From Anaerolineales bacterium (GTDB lineage Bacteria; Chloroflexota; Anaerolineae; Anaerolineales; Villigracilaceae), in assembly GCA_036781265.1 (NCBI GenBank), contig DAIQBG010000011.1, positions 22,349 to 86,348 of the forward strand: a stretch of DNA of 64,000 nt, given 5' to 3'. The notes beneath the pieces are model-generated. The model saw nothing but the letters and a program-made list of their open reading frames with translations, was not told the DNA's origin and searched no databases. Shown piece after piece: positions 28,994 to 38,635 of this stretch (its first letter is position 1; every line of letters begins with the position of its first letter). Both the position numbers and the translations under genes were made by a program.

Positions 28994-30646
28994 ATGCAGA
29001 CGGAACGACAGGCGCACTGGCGCTCGACCCATCTCCTGACGGAGGATAAAAAAGATCTGGCACGCATGGTGCTGGATGAGATTCGACGCGGGCGCGATGT
29101 GACAAAAACGCTGCGCAGCCATCCCCTGCGGGACGGCGGGTATCTCAACAAATCCATGTTAGTCTCGATCTATTACGAGATGCTAGCCGACGGAGAGATC
29201 TCAGAGGACCCACATCTGCTCGAGCGGATCCGCATGAAGCCGATGCGCACCCTCTCGGGCGTGACAACCGTCACGGTGCTGACGAAGCCCTATCCCTGTC
29301 CCGGCAAATGCATCTTCTGCCCCACAGACGTACGCATGCCCAAGTCGTACCTGCCAGATGAGCCTGGCGCCATGCGTGGGCTTGAGCACCAGTTCGACCC
29401 TTACGCCCAGGTTCGCTCGCGCATCCAGCAGCTTGAGTCTGTGGGTCACCCCACCGACAAGATCGAGCTTCTGATTCTCGGTGGAACGTGGTCCTCCTAT
29501 CGCAGAGACTATCAGGAATGGTTTATCAAGCGCTGTTTCGACGCGATGAATTCGCCTCTCACTCATCCCTCGGATACTCTCTCAAAAAAGGAGGAGGGGT
29601 TGGGTGATGGAGAGTTACGGGAAGCTCAGACCCTCAACGAGACCGCATTACACCGTAATGTAGGTCTGGTCATTGAGACCCGCCCCGATGAAATCGATCC
29701 CGGGGAGCTGCGCTGGCTACGCCATCTGGGTGTGACCAAAGTCCAGATGGGGGCCCAGAGCCTGGACGATCACATTCTGGAGATCAACAAGCGCGGGCAC
29801 GACGTGGAGTGCACCCGGCGAGCCACCTCACTGCTGCGCGCCGCCGGCTTCAAGATCGTCCTGCACTGGATGCCGAACCTGCTCGGCGCAACACCTGAAT
29901 CAGACCGCCGGGACTTCGCACGCCTGTGGAACGACTTTTGCCCGGATGAGATCAAGATCTATCCCAACCAGCTCCTTGCGAATGCCGAGCTCTACGAGTA
30001 CTGGCAGCGCGGCGAGTTCCAACCGTACACAACCCGGGAGCTCATCGATCTGATCGCGGATATCAAGCCCACCATCCCGCGCTACTGCCGCGTGAACCGG
30101 ATCATCCGTGATATTCCGTCCACAAATGTCGTCGAGGGCAATCGAAGGACAAGCCTGCGCCAGGATGTTCATCACGAGATGAAACTTCGCGGCACCCGCT
30201 GTCAGTGTGTGCGCTGCCGCGAAGTTCGCGGGAAGCCCGTGCAACCGGAAACGCTAAAACTCGAAGATATGGTGTATCGGGCTGGCGCGGCGGAGGAGCA
30301 CTTCATCTCCTACGTCACCCCCGACGACAAACTGGCAGGCTTCATCCGCCTGTCTTTACCGGGCAAAGATTCGCCCGCCACCGGCATGCCTGACCTGGAC
30401 GGCGCAGCGCTGATCCGGGAGGTGCACGTCTACGGGCAATCCCTACCGGTCGGCGCGGAAAAACGGGGCGCAGCGCAGCACACAGGACTCGGAACGCGCC
30501 TGCTGGAAAAAGCTGAGGCCGTCGCAAGGGAGAATGGCTTCCCACGGCTGGCGGTTATCTCAGCCGTGGGCACACGGGGCTACTACCTCGGGCGCGGCTT
30601 CCAGCGCGGCGAGCTCTATCTGATAAAAAACCTGGACCGCGAATAG
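28994..30646 (+). CDS. elp3: tRNA uridine(34) acetyltransferase Elp3 (radical SAM + GNAT)
   Basis: RTLSGV, CPGKCIFCP, MPKSY, GGTW, ETRPD, KIYP, CVRCRE, REVHVYG, QHTGLG, ISAVGTRGYY. Confidence 0.92.
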   Translation: MQTERQAHWRSTHLLTEDKKDLARMVLDEIRRGRDVTKTLRSHPLRDGGYLNKSMLVSIYYEMLADGEISEDPHLLERIRMKPMRTLSGVTTVTVLTKPYPCPGKCIFCPTDVRMPKSYLPDEPGAMRGLEHQFDPYAQVRSRIQQLESVGHPTDKIELLILGGTWSSYRRDYQEWFIKRCFDAMNSPLTHPSDTLSKKEEGLGDGELREAQTLNETALHRNVGLVIETRPDEIDPGELRWLRHLGVTKVQMGAQSLDDHILEINKRGHDVECTRRATSLLRAAGFKIVLHWMPNLLGATPESDRRDFARLWNDFCPDEIKIYPNQLLANAELYEYWQRGEFQPYTTRELIDLIADIKPTIPRYCRVNRIIRDIPSTNVVEGNRRTSLRQDVHHEMKLRGTRCQCVRCREVRGKPVQPETLKLEDMVYRAGAAEEHFISYVTPDDKLAGFIRLSLPGKDSPATGMPDLDGAALIREVHVYGQSLPVGAEKRGAAQHTGLGTRLLEKAEAVARENGFPRLAVISAVGTRGYYLGRGFQRGELYLIKNLDRE

Positions 30647-30831
30647 AAATTCTTCCACGTATCTACATATTTTCACCATCATTTCTACAATAAACTGAAT
30701 TAAAGTGGGGTCTGTCTTCCTGCCGGGTGCGTAAGAACTAATGGCTCCCCCTCGTTAAATGAATTAGAGTTGTGTTAATCATACAACCGGGCGCTTGACT
30801 TGCGTTCGGCTAGGTGTAACAATATTTTGTT

Positions 30832-31749
30832 ATGGATTACAAGGATTATTACAAAGTCCTGGGTGTGGAGCGAAACGCCAGTGAAGATGACATCCGAAAA
30901 GCATATCGGAAGCTGGCTATGCAGTATCACCCGGATCGCAACCCCGACGATAAACAGGCTGAGGAACGCTTCAAGGAGATCAACGAAGCATATCAGGTTC
31001 TCGGCGATGCCGAGAAACGCGCCCATTACGACCGTCTGGGCAGCGACTACTCCAACTGGCAGCGCCGTGGCGCGCCGGGCGACTTTGACTGGGGTCAGTA
31101 TGGCGGTGGCTACCCGGGAGGCGTCCGTGTAGAGTATGGAGACCTCGATGATCTCTTTGGCGGCGCGGGCGGCTTCTCCGATTTCTTCCGCACGATCTTC
31201 GGCAGAGAGGCGCAGGGAGGCGCGCCGGGCGCCGGAAACCGCAGCCGGATGCGCCAGGAGCCGCAGGCCTATCAACAGGAGCTGGAGATCACGCTGGAGG
31301 AAGCTTATCAGGGCGCAACGCGCCTGCTCCAGAGCGATGGCAAACAGAAACAGGTCCGCATCCCGGCGGGCGTTCGCACCGGCTCAAAAGTCCGCGTCGC
31401 CGGCGCGGGTCCGAATGGACTCGACCTATACCTGATCGTGGATGTGCGCGATGATCCGCGTTTTGAGCGTCGAGGCAACGATCTGCACACCACGGCCACC
31501 GTCGATGTGTTTACAGCCACTCTGGGTGGTGAGGCTCAGGTGGAAACGCTGGCTGGTACAGTCAAGCTCACCATTCCGGCAGGCACACAGCCTGAGCAGG
31601 TTTTCCGGCTTGCCGGGCGCGGTATGCCGAGTGTCAAGAACGCCAGCGAAAAAGGCGATCTCTACGTTCGCCTGAAAGTTCAAATTCCCAAGTATCTTTC
31701 ACCCAAGCAACGGGAACTTCTGGAAGAAGCCTCGCGGATCAAGTTTTAG
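30832..31749 (+). CDS. DnaJ-class chaperone lacking zinc finger (CbpA-like)
   Basis: J domain with HPD, G/F region, C-terminal domain, no CxxCxGxG repeats. Confidence 0.92.
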   Translation: MDYKDYYKVLGVERNASEDDIRKAYRKLAMQYHPDRNPDDKQAEERFKEINEAYQVLGDAEKRAHYDRLGSDYSNWQRRGAPGDFDWGQYGGGYPGGVRVEYGDLDDLFGGAGGFSDFFRTIFGREAQGGAPGAGNRSRMRQEPQAYQQELEITLEEAYQGATRLLQSDGKQKQVRIPAGVRTGSKVRVAGAGPNGLDLYLIVDVRDDPRFERRGNDLHTTATVDVFTATLGGEAQVETLAGTVKLTIPAGTQPEQVFRLAGRGMPSVKNASEKGDLYVRLKVQIPKYLSPKQRELLEEASRIKF

Positions 31750-31769
31750 GAAGGATTAAGAAGAATAGA

Positions 31770-32942
31770 ATGAAACGTGGATTATTTGCAATTTCGGTAA
31801 TGGTCATCGCCACGCTGGCGTGCCAGATGGCCGGCCTGGAAATCCCGGCTGTATCACCTCAGGTTCAGCCATCCCCGGTAGTGATTATTCAGGCTACTCC
31901 CCCGCCGCTACCGACAGCCGCAGATCCGGCGGAGGCGGGCAGCACGCTGGAGGCACTTTATCAGCAGGTGCTGCCAGGCGTTGTCGCAATTCGCACCCTC
32001 GTATTCACGGATCAGGGTGCTGTAGGACAGGGCCAGGGATCCGGCTTTGTGTATGATAGCGAAGGGCATGTGATTACCAACCAGCATGTGATCGAAGGTG
32101 CCAGTGAAGTGGAAATTTCCTTTTCCTCCGGGTTTATCGCGTATGGCACCGTGATTGGCGCCGATGCAGATGCGGATATTGCAGTGATCAAAGTCGATGC
32201 CCCGGCCGACCAGCTCCATCCATTGGCTATTGGTGACTCCAACACGCTGAACGTGGGTGAGCAGGTGGTCGCTATCGGCAACCCCTTCGGGCTGAGCGGG
32301 ACCATGACGCTGGGCATCGTTTCGGGGCTCGGGCGGACTCAGAGAGTTGCCCACTCTGCGCCCGAAGGCGGCTTTTTCAGCACCGCAGACATTATTCAGA
32401 CCGATGCGGCCATCAACCCCGGGAATTCGGGCGGTCCACTCTTCAACCTGCAGGGCGAGGTGATCGGTGTGAACCAATCCATCCGAACGGAAAGCTTCAA
32501 CGGCGTGACCGGAAATGCGGTCAACTCGGGTGTCGGCTTTTCCATTTCGATCAATCTGGTGAAGCGCATCGTCCCGTACTTGATCCGTGACGGGCGATAC
32601 GAGTATCCATATCTTGGCATTTCTTCGAGCAATGAGCTGGGCCTAGCAGAAATCGAAGCGCTGGGATTAAATACCTATACCGGTGCTTATGTGCTCAGTG
32701 TTACCCCTGGCGGCCCTGCAGACCAGGCAGGAATTCGAGGCGGCAACCGAGCCACTAACATCGAAGGCTTACAGGCGGGCGGCGATATCATCATTGCCAT
32801 TGACGGACAGCCGGTGGCGAGCTTCGACGCGCTCCTCAGTTACCTCACGACGAACAAATCTCCAGGCGAAGCCGTGGTCTTAACGGTTCTCCGCGATGGT
32901 CAACCCCTGGATCTCACCGTGACATTGGGAAGACGTCCATAA
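31770..32942 (+). CDS. HtrA/DegP-like S1C serine protease with PDZ domain, lipoprotein
   Basis: Lipobox TLAC, TNQHV, DIAV, GNSGGPL, C-terminal PDZ. Confidence 0.93.
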   Translation: MKRGLFAISVMVIATLACQMAGLEIPAVSPQVQPSPVVIIQATPPPLPTAADPAEAGSTLEALYQQVLPGVVAIRTLVFTDQGAVGQGQGSGFVYDSEGHVITNQHVIEGASEVEISFSSGFIAYGTVIGADADADIAVIKVDAPADQLHPLAIGDSNTLNVGEQVVAIGNPFGLSGTMTLGIVSGLGRTQRVAHSAPEGGFFSTADIIQTDAAINPGNSGGPLFNLQGEVIGVNQSIRTESFNGVTGNAVNSGVGFSISINLVKRIVPYLIRDGRYEYPYLGISSSNELGLAEIEALGLNTYTGAYVLSVTPGGPADQAGIRGGNRATNIEGLQAGGDIIIAIDGQPVASFDALLSYLTTNKSPGEAVVLTVLRDGQPLDLTVTLGRRP

Positions 32943-32953
32943 GGGCAAGAGTT

Positions 32954-32990
32954 GGGCGGCAGGCTCTGAAGAGCTGCCGCCCGATATTTT
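32954..32990. terminator. Hairpin between convergent genes
   Basis: gggcggcag...ctgccgccc followed by gatatttt. Confidence 0.55.
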
Positions 32991-33635
32991 CTAACCAAAG
33001 CGTTCTTCACGCCAAACGTCCGCACGATTATGGTATCCGGCCTGCTCCCAGAATCCTCGCCGATCGCGGGACATGAACTCGAGCGAACGGAGCCACTTCG
33101 CACCCTTCCAAAAATAGGGCGTCTCCAGATCTTTCTGGCTCGAAATAAAGCCCACCACCCCGCGCAACGGATATCCATGATCGGGTGTAATGGGCTCGCC
33201 ATTGAAGTGAGTCGCCAGCAGGAAGTTATCCTGCAGGACGACTTCTAATGGCAGGTTCACAGTGAAGCCGTACTCGGCGTGCTGCATCACGTGGGTGGCA
33301 GTCGGCTTGATCTTGAATAGGCCGTGCTCGACCATGGTTTTGACAGACACACCCTCCCAGGCTGTATCGAACTTGCTCCAGCGGGTTACACAGTGGATAT
33401 CCATCCGGATCGTGGTGCGCGGCAGCTGGTTGAACTGGTCCCATGTCCAGCTCTTCTCCTCTTCCACCTCACCCCAGACGCGGAAATCCCAGGTAGCGGC
33501 GTTGAAATGCGGCACGGGACCATAATGCAAGACTGGGAATTTGAATGTGAGCGCCTGCCCGGGTGGGAGCCTACCTTCACTTCGGACTCGTTGCTCCTCT
33601 TTGCGGCGGTCCTGTCCTTCAAATGACGAAAACAT
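32991..33635 (-). CDS. Sulfite oxidase-like molybdopterin-binding oxidoreductase (cytoplasmic, YuiH-like)
   Basis: RLPPGQ, DIHCVTRWS (Mo-ligand Cys), HGYPLR, YFWKGAKW, GFWEQAGYH. Confidence 0.9.
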   Translation of the reverse strand: MFSSFEGQDRRKEEQRVRSEGRLPPGQALTFKFPVLHYGPVPHFNAATWDFRVWGEVEEEKSWTWDQFNQLPRTTIRMDIHCVTRWSKFDTAWEGVSVKTMVEHGLFKIKPTATHVMQHAEYGFTVNLPLEVVLQDNFLLATHFNGEPITPDHGYPLRGVVGFISSQKDLETPYFWKGAKWLRSLEFMSRDRRGFWEQAGYHNRADVWREERFG

Positions 33636-33847
33636 AATAATCTCCTGTCAAAATTATATCAATAACTTTACAAAAGGACGCCTGGCTATGGACGAATCCT
33701 TACATTCACCCGATAATAAGCGGGCTAGAATGAGTTTTCGTATCTGTAAAGTGTTAAATGTAACTTTTATCTCAATTCAAAGTCCACACCGGCAAAAAGG
33801 TTTATAATTAGAACAGGAATCATTTTTGCTCCCCATGGTAATCTATT

Positions 33848-34444
33848 GTGGCTGATAACGAAGAAAGGCAGGAGCCGGACCCGATGAAAGAGGGAGTTGC
33901 GCTGTTAAAAGCTGCTCAAAAGCTGGATGAAGAGGCCCTTACCGCCATCTTCGACCAGTTCGCTCCTGCCATTTACAAATACACCCTGCGCTTGTGCCAC
34001 GATCCTATCGTCGCGGATAACATTGTCGGGGATGTATTCGCCCAGCTCCTCGAGCAATTCGGAGCTGGCAAAGGTCCGCGCACCAACCTGCGATCGTATC
34101 TCTATCAAACGGCTTATCACCTGGTCGTGGATCGCTCTCGCGACAACCAACACACTGCCCCCCTTGAAGTCGCCATGGGCAAATATGAAGGCGGGCAATT
34201 CGCACCGACTCAATCCCAGATCGAGGAACGGGTCATGATGGAAGCATTGATCTCTGCCATGAACACCGACCTGACTGACGATCAACGGCATGTCATCATT
34301 CTGCGGTTTCTCGAAGACTTCAGTCTGAAAGAGACCGCAGATATCATGGGCAAAGAAGTCAACAATATAAAAGTGATCCAGAACCGCGGCATAGCCAAAT
34401 TGAGAAAAGCAATGGGGCTTCATCAGGACGAAGAAGACTGGTAA
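33848..34444 (+). CDS. ECF RNA polymerase sigma-70 factor
   Basis: Region 2 (SYLYQTAYHLVVD) and region 4 (LTDDQRHVIILRF..SLKETA..RGIAKLR). Confidence 0.92.
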   Translation: MADNEERQEPDPMKEGVALLKAAQKLDEEALTAIFDQFAPAIYKYTLRLCHDPIVADNIVGDVFAQLLEQFGAGKGPRTNLRSYLYQTAYHLVVDRSRDNQHTAPLEVAMGKYEGGQFAPTQSQIEERVMMEALISAMNTDLTDDQRHVIILRFLEDFSLKETADIMGKEVNNIKVIQNRGIAKLRKAMGLHQDEEDW

Positions 34445-34450
34445 GCCACA

Positions 34451-35209
34451 ATGGAATTCGAGCCGCAAGATCAAGAAATTGTCAGCCTGCTGACAAAGTT
34501 AAAAGGCGCTGAGGGGCAATATCCGGAGTCCATGCTCGTCGCGCGGCGCGAGATGTTCCTCCAACGTATGTCGGAAATCAGTATGGGTATCCCTCCCGAT
34601 GCAGGCATCCCGGATGCCGCTGCGAGTTCAGGCCCACCGCCTATCTCACCTGTGACTGGCACCATTCTGGAAACTGCATTGCTGGTTGCTATTATCCTGG
34701 AAGCCAGCGCCGTGGCTTATTTTTACCGGGATCAACTGGCAGACTTCTTCGAAACAGTGACTCTTGAGCCGCGGGTGGAGATGGTCGCCTCCCCGCCGGT
34801 TCCGACAACCGCTATCGAAATCCAGGGGATTATGCCCTCTCCGGTTATCCCACTAACTTTACCTCCCACTGCTTTAGTTATCTCACCGACTCCAATCACC
34901 ACCACGGTCGCTCCTGCCATCACACCCCTTCCCGGTGTAGCAGAAGAGAACGAGCCAGACAATATAAACGGAGCCGGGAGCGTTACCCTGGGATCTACGC
35001 CGATGCCGGGTGGGAATACCACCAGTACTTCGGGTCAGGGCAACAACGGCGGTCAGACTCTGGAACCCGAGCCAACCAGGGATAACAACGGCAATCAGGG
35101 TGGTCAGACCCCGGAACCAGAGCCCAGCCGGGATAACAACGGCAATCATTACGGCCAGACGCCAAGACCGGAGAGAACCAAGGAAAACAACGGCAATAGT
35201 TCACCCTGA
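34451..35209 (+). CDS. Putative anti-sigma-like single-pass membrane protein with low-complexity tail
   Basis: 6 bp after the ECF gene; one TM; P/T-rich region and NNG repeats. Confidence 0.6.
   Translation: MEFEPQDQEIVSLLTKLKGAEGQYPESMLVARREMFLQRMSEISMGIPPDAGIPDAAASSGPPPISPVTGTILETALLVAIILEASAVAYFYRDQLADFFETVTLEPRVEMVASPPVPTTAIEIQGIMPSPVIPLTLPPTALVISPTPITTTVAPAITPLPGVAEENEPDNINGAGSVTLGSTPMPGGNTTSTSGQGNNGGQTLEPEPTRDNNGNQGGQTPEPEPSRDNNGNHYGQTPRPERTKENNGNSSP
35039..35197 (+). repeat. Intragenic 51-bp (17-aa) tandem repeat, about 3 copies
   Basis: gataacaacggcaatca at 35081 and 35132; unit NNGNxxGQTPxPExxxD/E. Confidence 0.8.
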
Positions 35210-35290
35210 AGCCGTAAAAACGGGTGACCTGGCGAAAAGCTGACGCCCACGCCCCCGACTAAGACGACAGACTGCTTCTGAGTCCTGGAT

Positions 35291-35327
35291 ACCCTCTCGA
35301 TCAAGTAAACACTTTATTCGAGAGGGT
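35291..35327. terminator. Inverted repeat between convergent genes
   Basis: accctctcga...tcgagagggt. Confidence 0.5.
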
Positions 35328-35354
35328 TATACGTTCTTAACCTTGGCCCGGGAT

Positions 35355-36242
35355 TCACTCAGGCATGATTTTTACAAAGGCTGTCCGCCGGTCCCCGAGA
35401 AATCCACTGGTCCAGTGGTACAAGGCATATAGCTCAAGTGCAAACGGAAGGTACCCCCCATATCCCAGGAGTGGCATCTCAAAGATATGTAGCCATCCGC
35501 CCCAAGGGACGTGATAGATCCATTTTGGGAAGGAATAATAATTCCACATTTCCCAGAAGAACGCGGTCAGCAGCACGCCAAGCCAGAGAGAAATGACCGG
35601 GCGCCAATCCCCTTTTCGCGTCCAATCTGCAAGAGAACGGTTACCCAGCCAGACGTTGACCGGTTCCAGAATAAAGTACAGGGAGAGCCAGATAAACGGA
35701 AAGAATATCCTTGGCCAGGCCCACAGTGCGACCAGCATCCCCCAGCCGAGGAGGAAAAAAAACAGGGTCGTTCGCCGGTCGTTGCCAATCGCAGGTCCGC
35801 GCCTAATACGTTTTACAAATCCAGAGCTGGCGAAGAACTCTGCGCTGCCAAATACTGCCGGAATGACTGTGGTGAAACTCAGAGTTGTCCAAAACGCATA
35901 TTCGATTGGCGAAAAGGTTTCGGCCCCGACATATGTCCAATTCTGGGTACGGACATTGAGAACCTCGAAGATCCACCATACCGGTGCCGATACCAGGAAT
36001 AGTCCTACATACTTGCGTGGGCTCCGGGTGAGCATGGAAGTGCCGCTTCGCCAGAAAACCAGGCCATCGATCGCCAGGCAGTAACCCAGCCATAACGGGA
36101 AGAAGCCCCAGTGTGTCCGCAGCCCAGAGATTGTCCAGTTCAGCCCCCAGAACACAACAACTAGGGCAATTCCCAGCCAGCCGTGGAGAGGGAATCTGCC
36201 GGTTTCAATCAGCTCGTCCTTACGTTTCCAATTGGTTTCCAT
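35355..36242 (-). CDS. Trp-rich multi-pass membrane protein of unknown function
   Basis: About 8 TMs with an internally duplicated motif WWIFEVLN..NWTY / FFWEMWN..KWIY; FEMPLLGYGGY. Confidence 0.8.
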   Translation of the reverse strand: METNWKRKDELIETGRFPLHGWLGIALVVVFWGLNWTISGLRTHWGFFPLWLGYCLAIDGLVFWRSGTSMLTRSPRKYVGLFLVSAPVWWIFEVLNVRTQNWTYVGAETFSPIEYAFWTTLSFTTVIPAVFGSAEFFASSGFVKRIRRGPAIGNDRRTTLFFFLLGWGMLVALWAWPRIFFPFIWLSLYFILEPVNVWLGNRSLADWTRKGDWRPVISLWLGVLLTAFFWEMWNYYSFPKWIYHVPWGGWLHIFEMPLLGYGGYLPFALELYALYHWTSGFLGDRRTAFVKIMPE

Positions 36243-36477
36243 AACGCAAGTGTACACCGAGAAAGTTCAACCATGGTCAACTTCTCTTTCCAGTTGAATG
36301 GGCCTACCACTGCCCGAACGGCCCTGGAACCGATCTTTCTACAGCGGGTGAAGTTGAGGCTGAGGAAGAAAATGCAGGCTGGTGAAAAACGGGGTGTAGA
36401 CACACGAGCAGATGAAAGGCTGGAAATCCAATCTACGCTGTATTATTCACCCGGTTTCAAATTAATTGAGCAGAGAC

Positions 36478-36534
36478 CAAAATATTTTGTTTTTTACCAA
36501 ATATCTTGACAAAATCAAAAAATCTTGCTATTAT
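36478..36534 (+). promoter_or_regulatory. Near-consensus sigma70 promoter overlapped by three 12-bp operator-like boxes
   Basis: TTGACA 36506-36511, 17-bp spacer, TGc-TATTAT 36529-36534; boxes at 36478, 36497 and 36516. Confidence 0.75.
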
Positions 36535-36554
36535 GCGGCACTGGAGTACCCCAG

Positions 36555-36938
36555 ATGCCGCTTATTCCCCAGTCCTGCCCCAGTTGTTCATCCCCGCTAG
36601 TCGTAACCCAGCTCAATTGCACCGTGTGTGGTACGGGCGTTGTCGGCAAGTTCGAGCTTTCCCCGTTTTCTCGCCTCTCCCCTGAGAGCCTCCACTTCCT
36701 CGAGGTCTTTGTCCGGAATCGAGGCAATGTTAAGGAGATGGAGCGGGAAACCGGTGAATCCTACTGGGCGATCCGCCGCCGGTTGGACGAGGTCATCGCG
36801 GAAATGGGCATGGAAGCGCCCGAAGAAAACGACCTCTCGACCCACCGCCAGGAGATTCTTGCCCAGCTAAGCCGGGGTGAGATCAACGTGCAGGAAGCTA
36901 CAAAATTACTCTCGCGATTAAAAGGAGACCGCTCATGA
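36555..36938 (+). CDS. DUF2089-family protein (zinc ribbon + HTH + SHOCT-like tail)
   Basis: CPSC..CTVC, 'FVRNRGNVKEMERETGESYWAIRRRLD', 'ILAQLSRGEINVQEA'. Confidence 0.85.
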   Translation: MPLIPQSCPSCSSPLVVTQLNCTVCGTGVVGKFELSPFSRLSPESLHFLEVFVRNRGNVKEMERETGESYWAIRRRLDEVIAEMGMEAPEENDLSTHRQEILAQLSRGEINVQEATKLLSRLKGDRS

Positions 36939-38563
36939 ATGGACAAAAGGAACGCTTAATGGTGTTGGATATGATCGCCGAAGGTAAGATCACGGCGGAG
37001 GAAGCGGAGCAGCTTTTCAAAGCGATGGAGGTGATCGAGGAGGAACCCGCCTCGAGCTTGCCGGAAGTGGATCTGGTCCCGCCTCTCTCGCATTTGTCCC
37101 AATTTTCAAATCTTAACACGCAGTCTCCTATAACAAGCCGTCCATCGGTAAAAGACTTGATTGCCGCCCTGAAAGAAGCAAACATCAACCAGGTGACGCT
37201 CAGCGATATACAGGAATTACAAGGCCATCGGTTGACGGCTGAGTATGTTCGGGAGATGCTGGCTCTGGGCGTGAGACCCGACGATCTCAACGAATGGATC
37301 GACCTGCGCGAACATGGCATTACTCCCCGTTATGTTCGTGAGCTGCGCAACTTGGGCGTGCCCGAATTTACAGTAGAGGAACTGGGGGAATTGAAGGATC
37401 ACGGGGTTTCGGCAAAGTATGTGGCAAGCCTGCACGCTATGGGTCTCAAAGATTTCGATGTAAATGAGCTGATTGAACTCAGCGAGCACAATGTCTCGGC
37501 GAAGCTCATCGCGGAGCTCCGCCAGGCCGGTCTCAAAGACATGGGCGTGGACGAGCTGACCGAACTAAGCAACCACGGAGTCTCTGCAAAATACATTGTT
37601 GAACTGCACCAGGCGGGGCTCAAGGACCTGAACATCGACGAGCTGATCGAGCTCAGTAACCATGGCGTTTCCGCCAAGTACATTGCTGAGCTGCGCCAGG
37701 CGGGGCTCAACGATCTGGATCTTGATGAGCTGGTCCGGCTCAGCCAGCATGGCGTCTCCGTGCGATACATTGCGGAATTAGGACAGCAGGGTCTGACGGG
37801 GCTTAACCTGGACGATATCGTGGCGCTCAGCAATCATGGTGTCTCTCCCCGATATGTTGCGGAATTGCGGAAGCTGGGTTTCAAAGATTTCGATGTGGAT
37901 GACCTGATCCGGCTTGGCACCCATGGCATTTCCCCCCGGTTCATTGCTGAACTCCATCAGCTAGGGCATAAGGAGCTTGATATCGATGATCTGGTCGAGC
38001 TCGGTACCCACGGGATCTCGCCTGAGTATGTTGGCGAATTGCACCGGCTCGGCTTGAAGGACCTGGATGTCGATGACCTGGTCGAGCTTGGGACACATGG
38101 CGTCTCCCCCGGATTTATCGTGGAAATGTATAAGCTGGGACTTCATGATATGGATGTAGATGACTTCGTTGAGCTCAGTAATCATGCTGTTTCACCGCAG
38201 TTCATTGCCGAGCTCCGCAATATGGGCTATCAGGATCTCGACACAGATGACCTGGTGGCGCTGAGAAATCACGATATCTCCGCTCACCTTATTCGCTCGC
38301 TGCATGAACTGGGACTTAAGGAGCTCAATGTAGATGAGTTAGTAGAGCTACGTATTCACAACGTGACCCCCAAGTTTGTGCGTGAGCTGATAGAGCTCGG
38401 GTTCAGAGATGTACCGGTCAGCGAGCTTGTCGAGCTGGGAATCCACCATGTAACGCCGCGCTTCATCCGTGAGATGCGCCGCAAGTACGGTGAAGATTTG
38501 ACACTTGAGCAACTGCTCGAGATGCGCATCCATGGCATAGGCAACGTGAGGGTCCGAGGCTAA
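36935..38563 (+). CDS. SHOCT-like domain plus about 15 tandem 29-aa helical repeats
   Basis: 'ERLMVLDMIAEGKITAEEAEQL' followed by repeats of consensus VDELVELSNHGVSPxYIAELxxLGLKDLD; ATGA overlap. Confidence 0.85.
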   Translation: MNGQKERLMVLDMIAEGKITAEEAEQLFKAMEVIEEEPASSLPEVDLVPPLSHLSQFSNLNTQSPITSRPSVKDLIAALKEANINQVTLSDIQELQGHRLTAEYVREMLALGVRPDDLNEWIDLREHGITPRYVRELRNLGVPEFTVEELGELKDHGVSAKYVASLHAMGLKDFDVNELIELSEHNVSAKLIAELRQAGLKDMGVDELTELSNHGVSAKYIVELHQAGLKDLNIDELIELSNHGVSAKYIAELRQAGLNDLDLDELVRLSQHGVSVRYIAELGQQGLTGLNLDDIVALSNHGVSPRYVAELRKLGFKDFDVDDLIRLGTHGISPRFIAELHQLGHKELDIDDLVELGTHGISPEYVGELHRLGLKDLDVDDLVELGTHGVSPGFIVEMYKLGLHDMDVDDFVELSNHAVSPQFIAELRNMGYQDLDTDDLVALRNHDISAHLIRSLHELGLKELNVDELVELRIHNVTPKFVRELIELGFRDVPVSELVELGIHHVTPRFIREMRRKYGEDLTLEQLLEMRIHGIGNVRVRG

Positions 38564-38594
38564 GCGTGCCAGGCAACAAAGCACCCAGCGCTTC

Positions 38595-38632
38595 CGTCTC
38601 GAAAATCAAACGGTTTTCGAGACGTTTGCTTT
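38595..38632 (+). terminator. Intrinsic terminator
   Basis: cgtctcgaaaa...ttttcgagacg followed by tttgcttt. Confidence 0.7.
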
Positions 38633-38635
38633 GCG

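Noticed and set aside
30650..30831. CIRCE element upstream of the DnaJ-class gene
   Set aside because: No TTAGCACTC-N9-GAGTGCTAA found
37199..38540. CRISPR array or TALE-like DNA-binding repeats
   Set aside because: The repeats are degenerate, coding and spacer-less with an 87-bp period; they are acidic and do not match the TALE consensus
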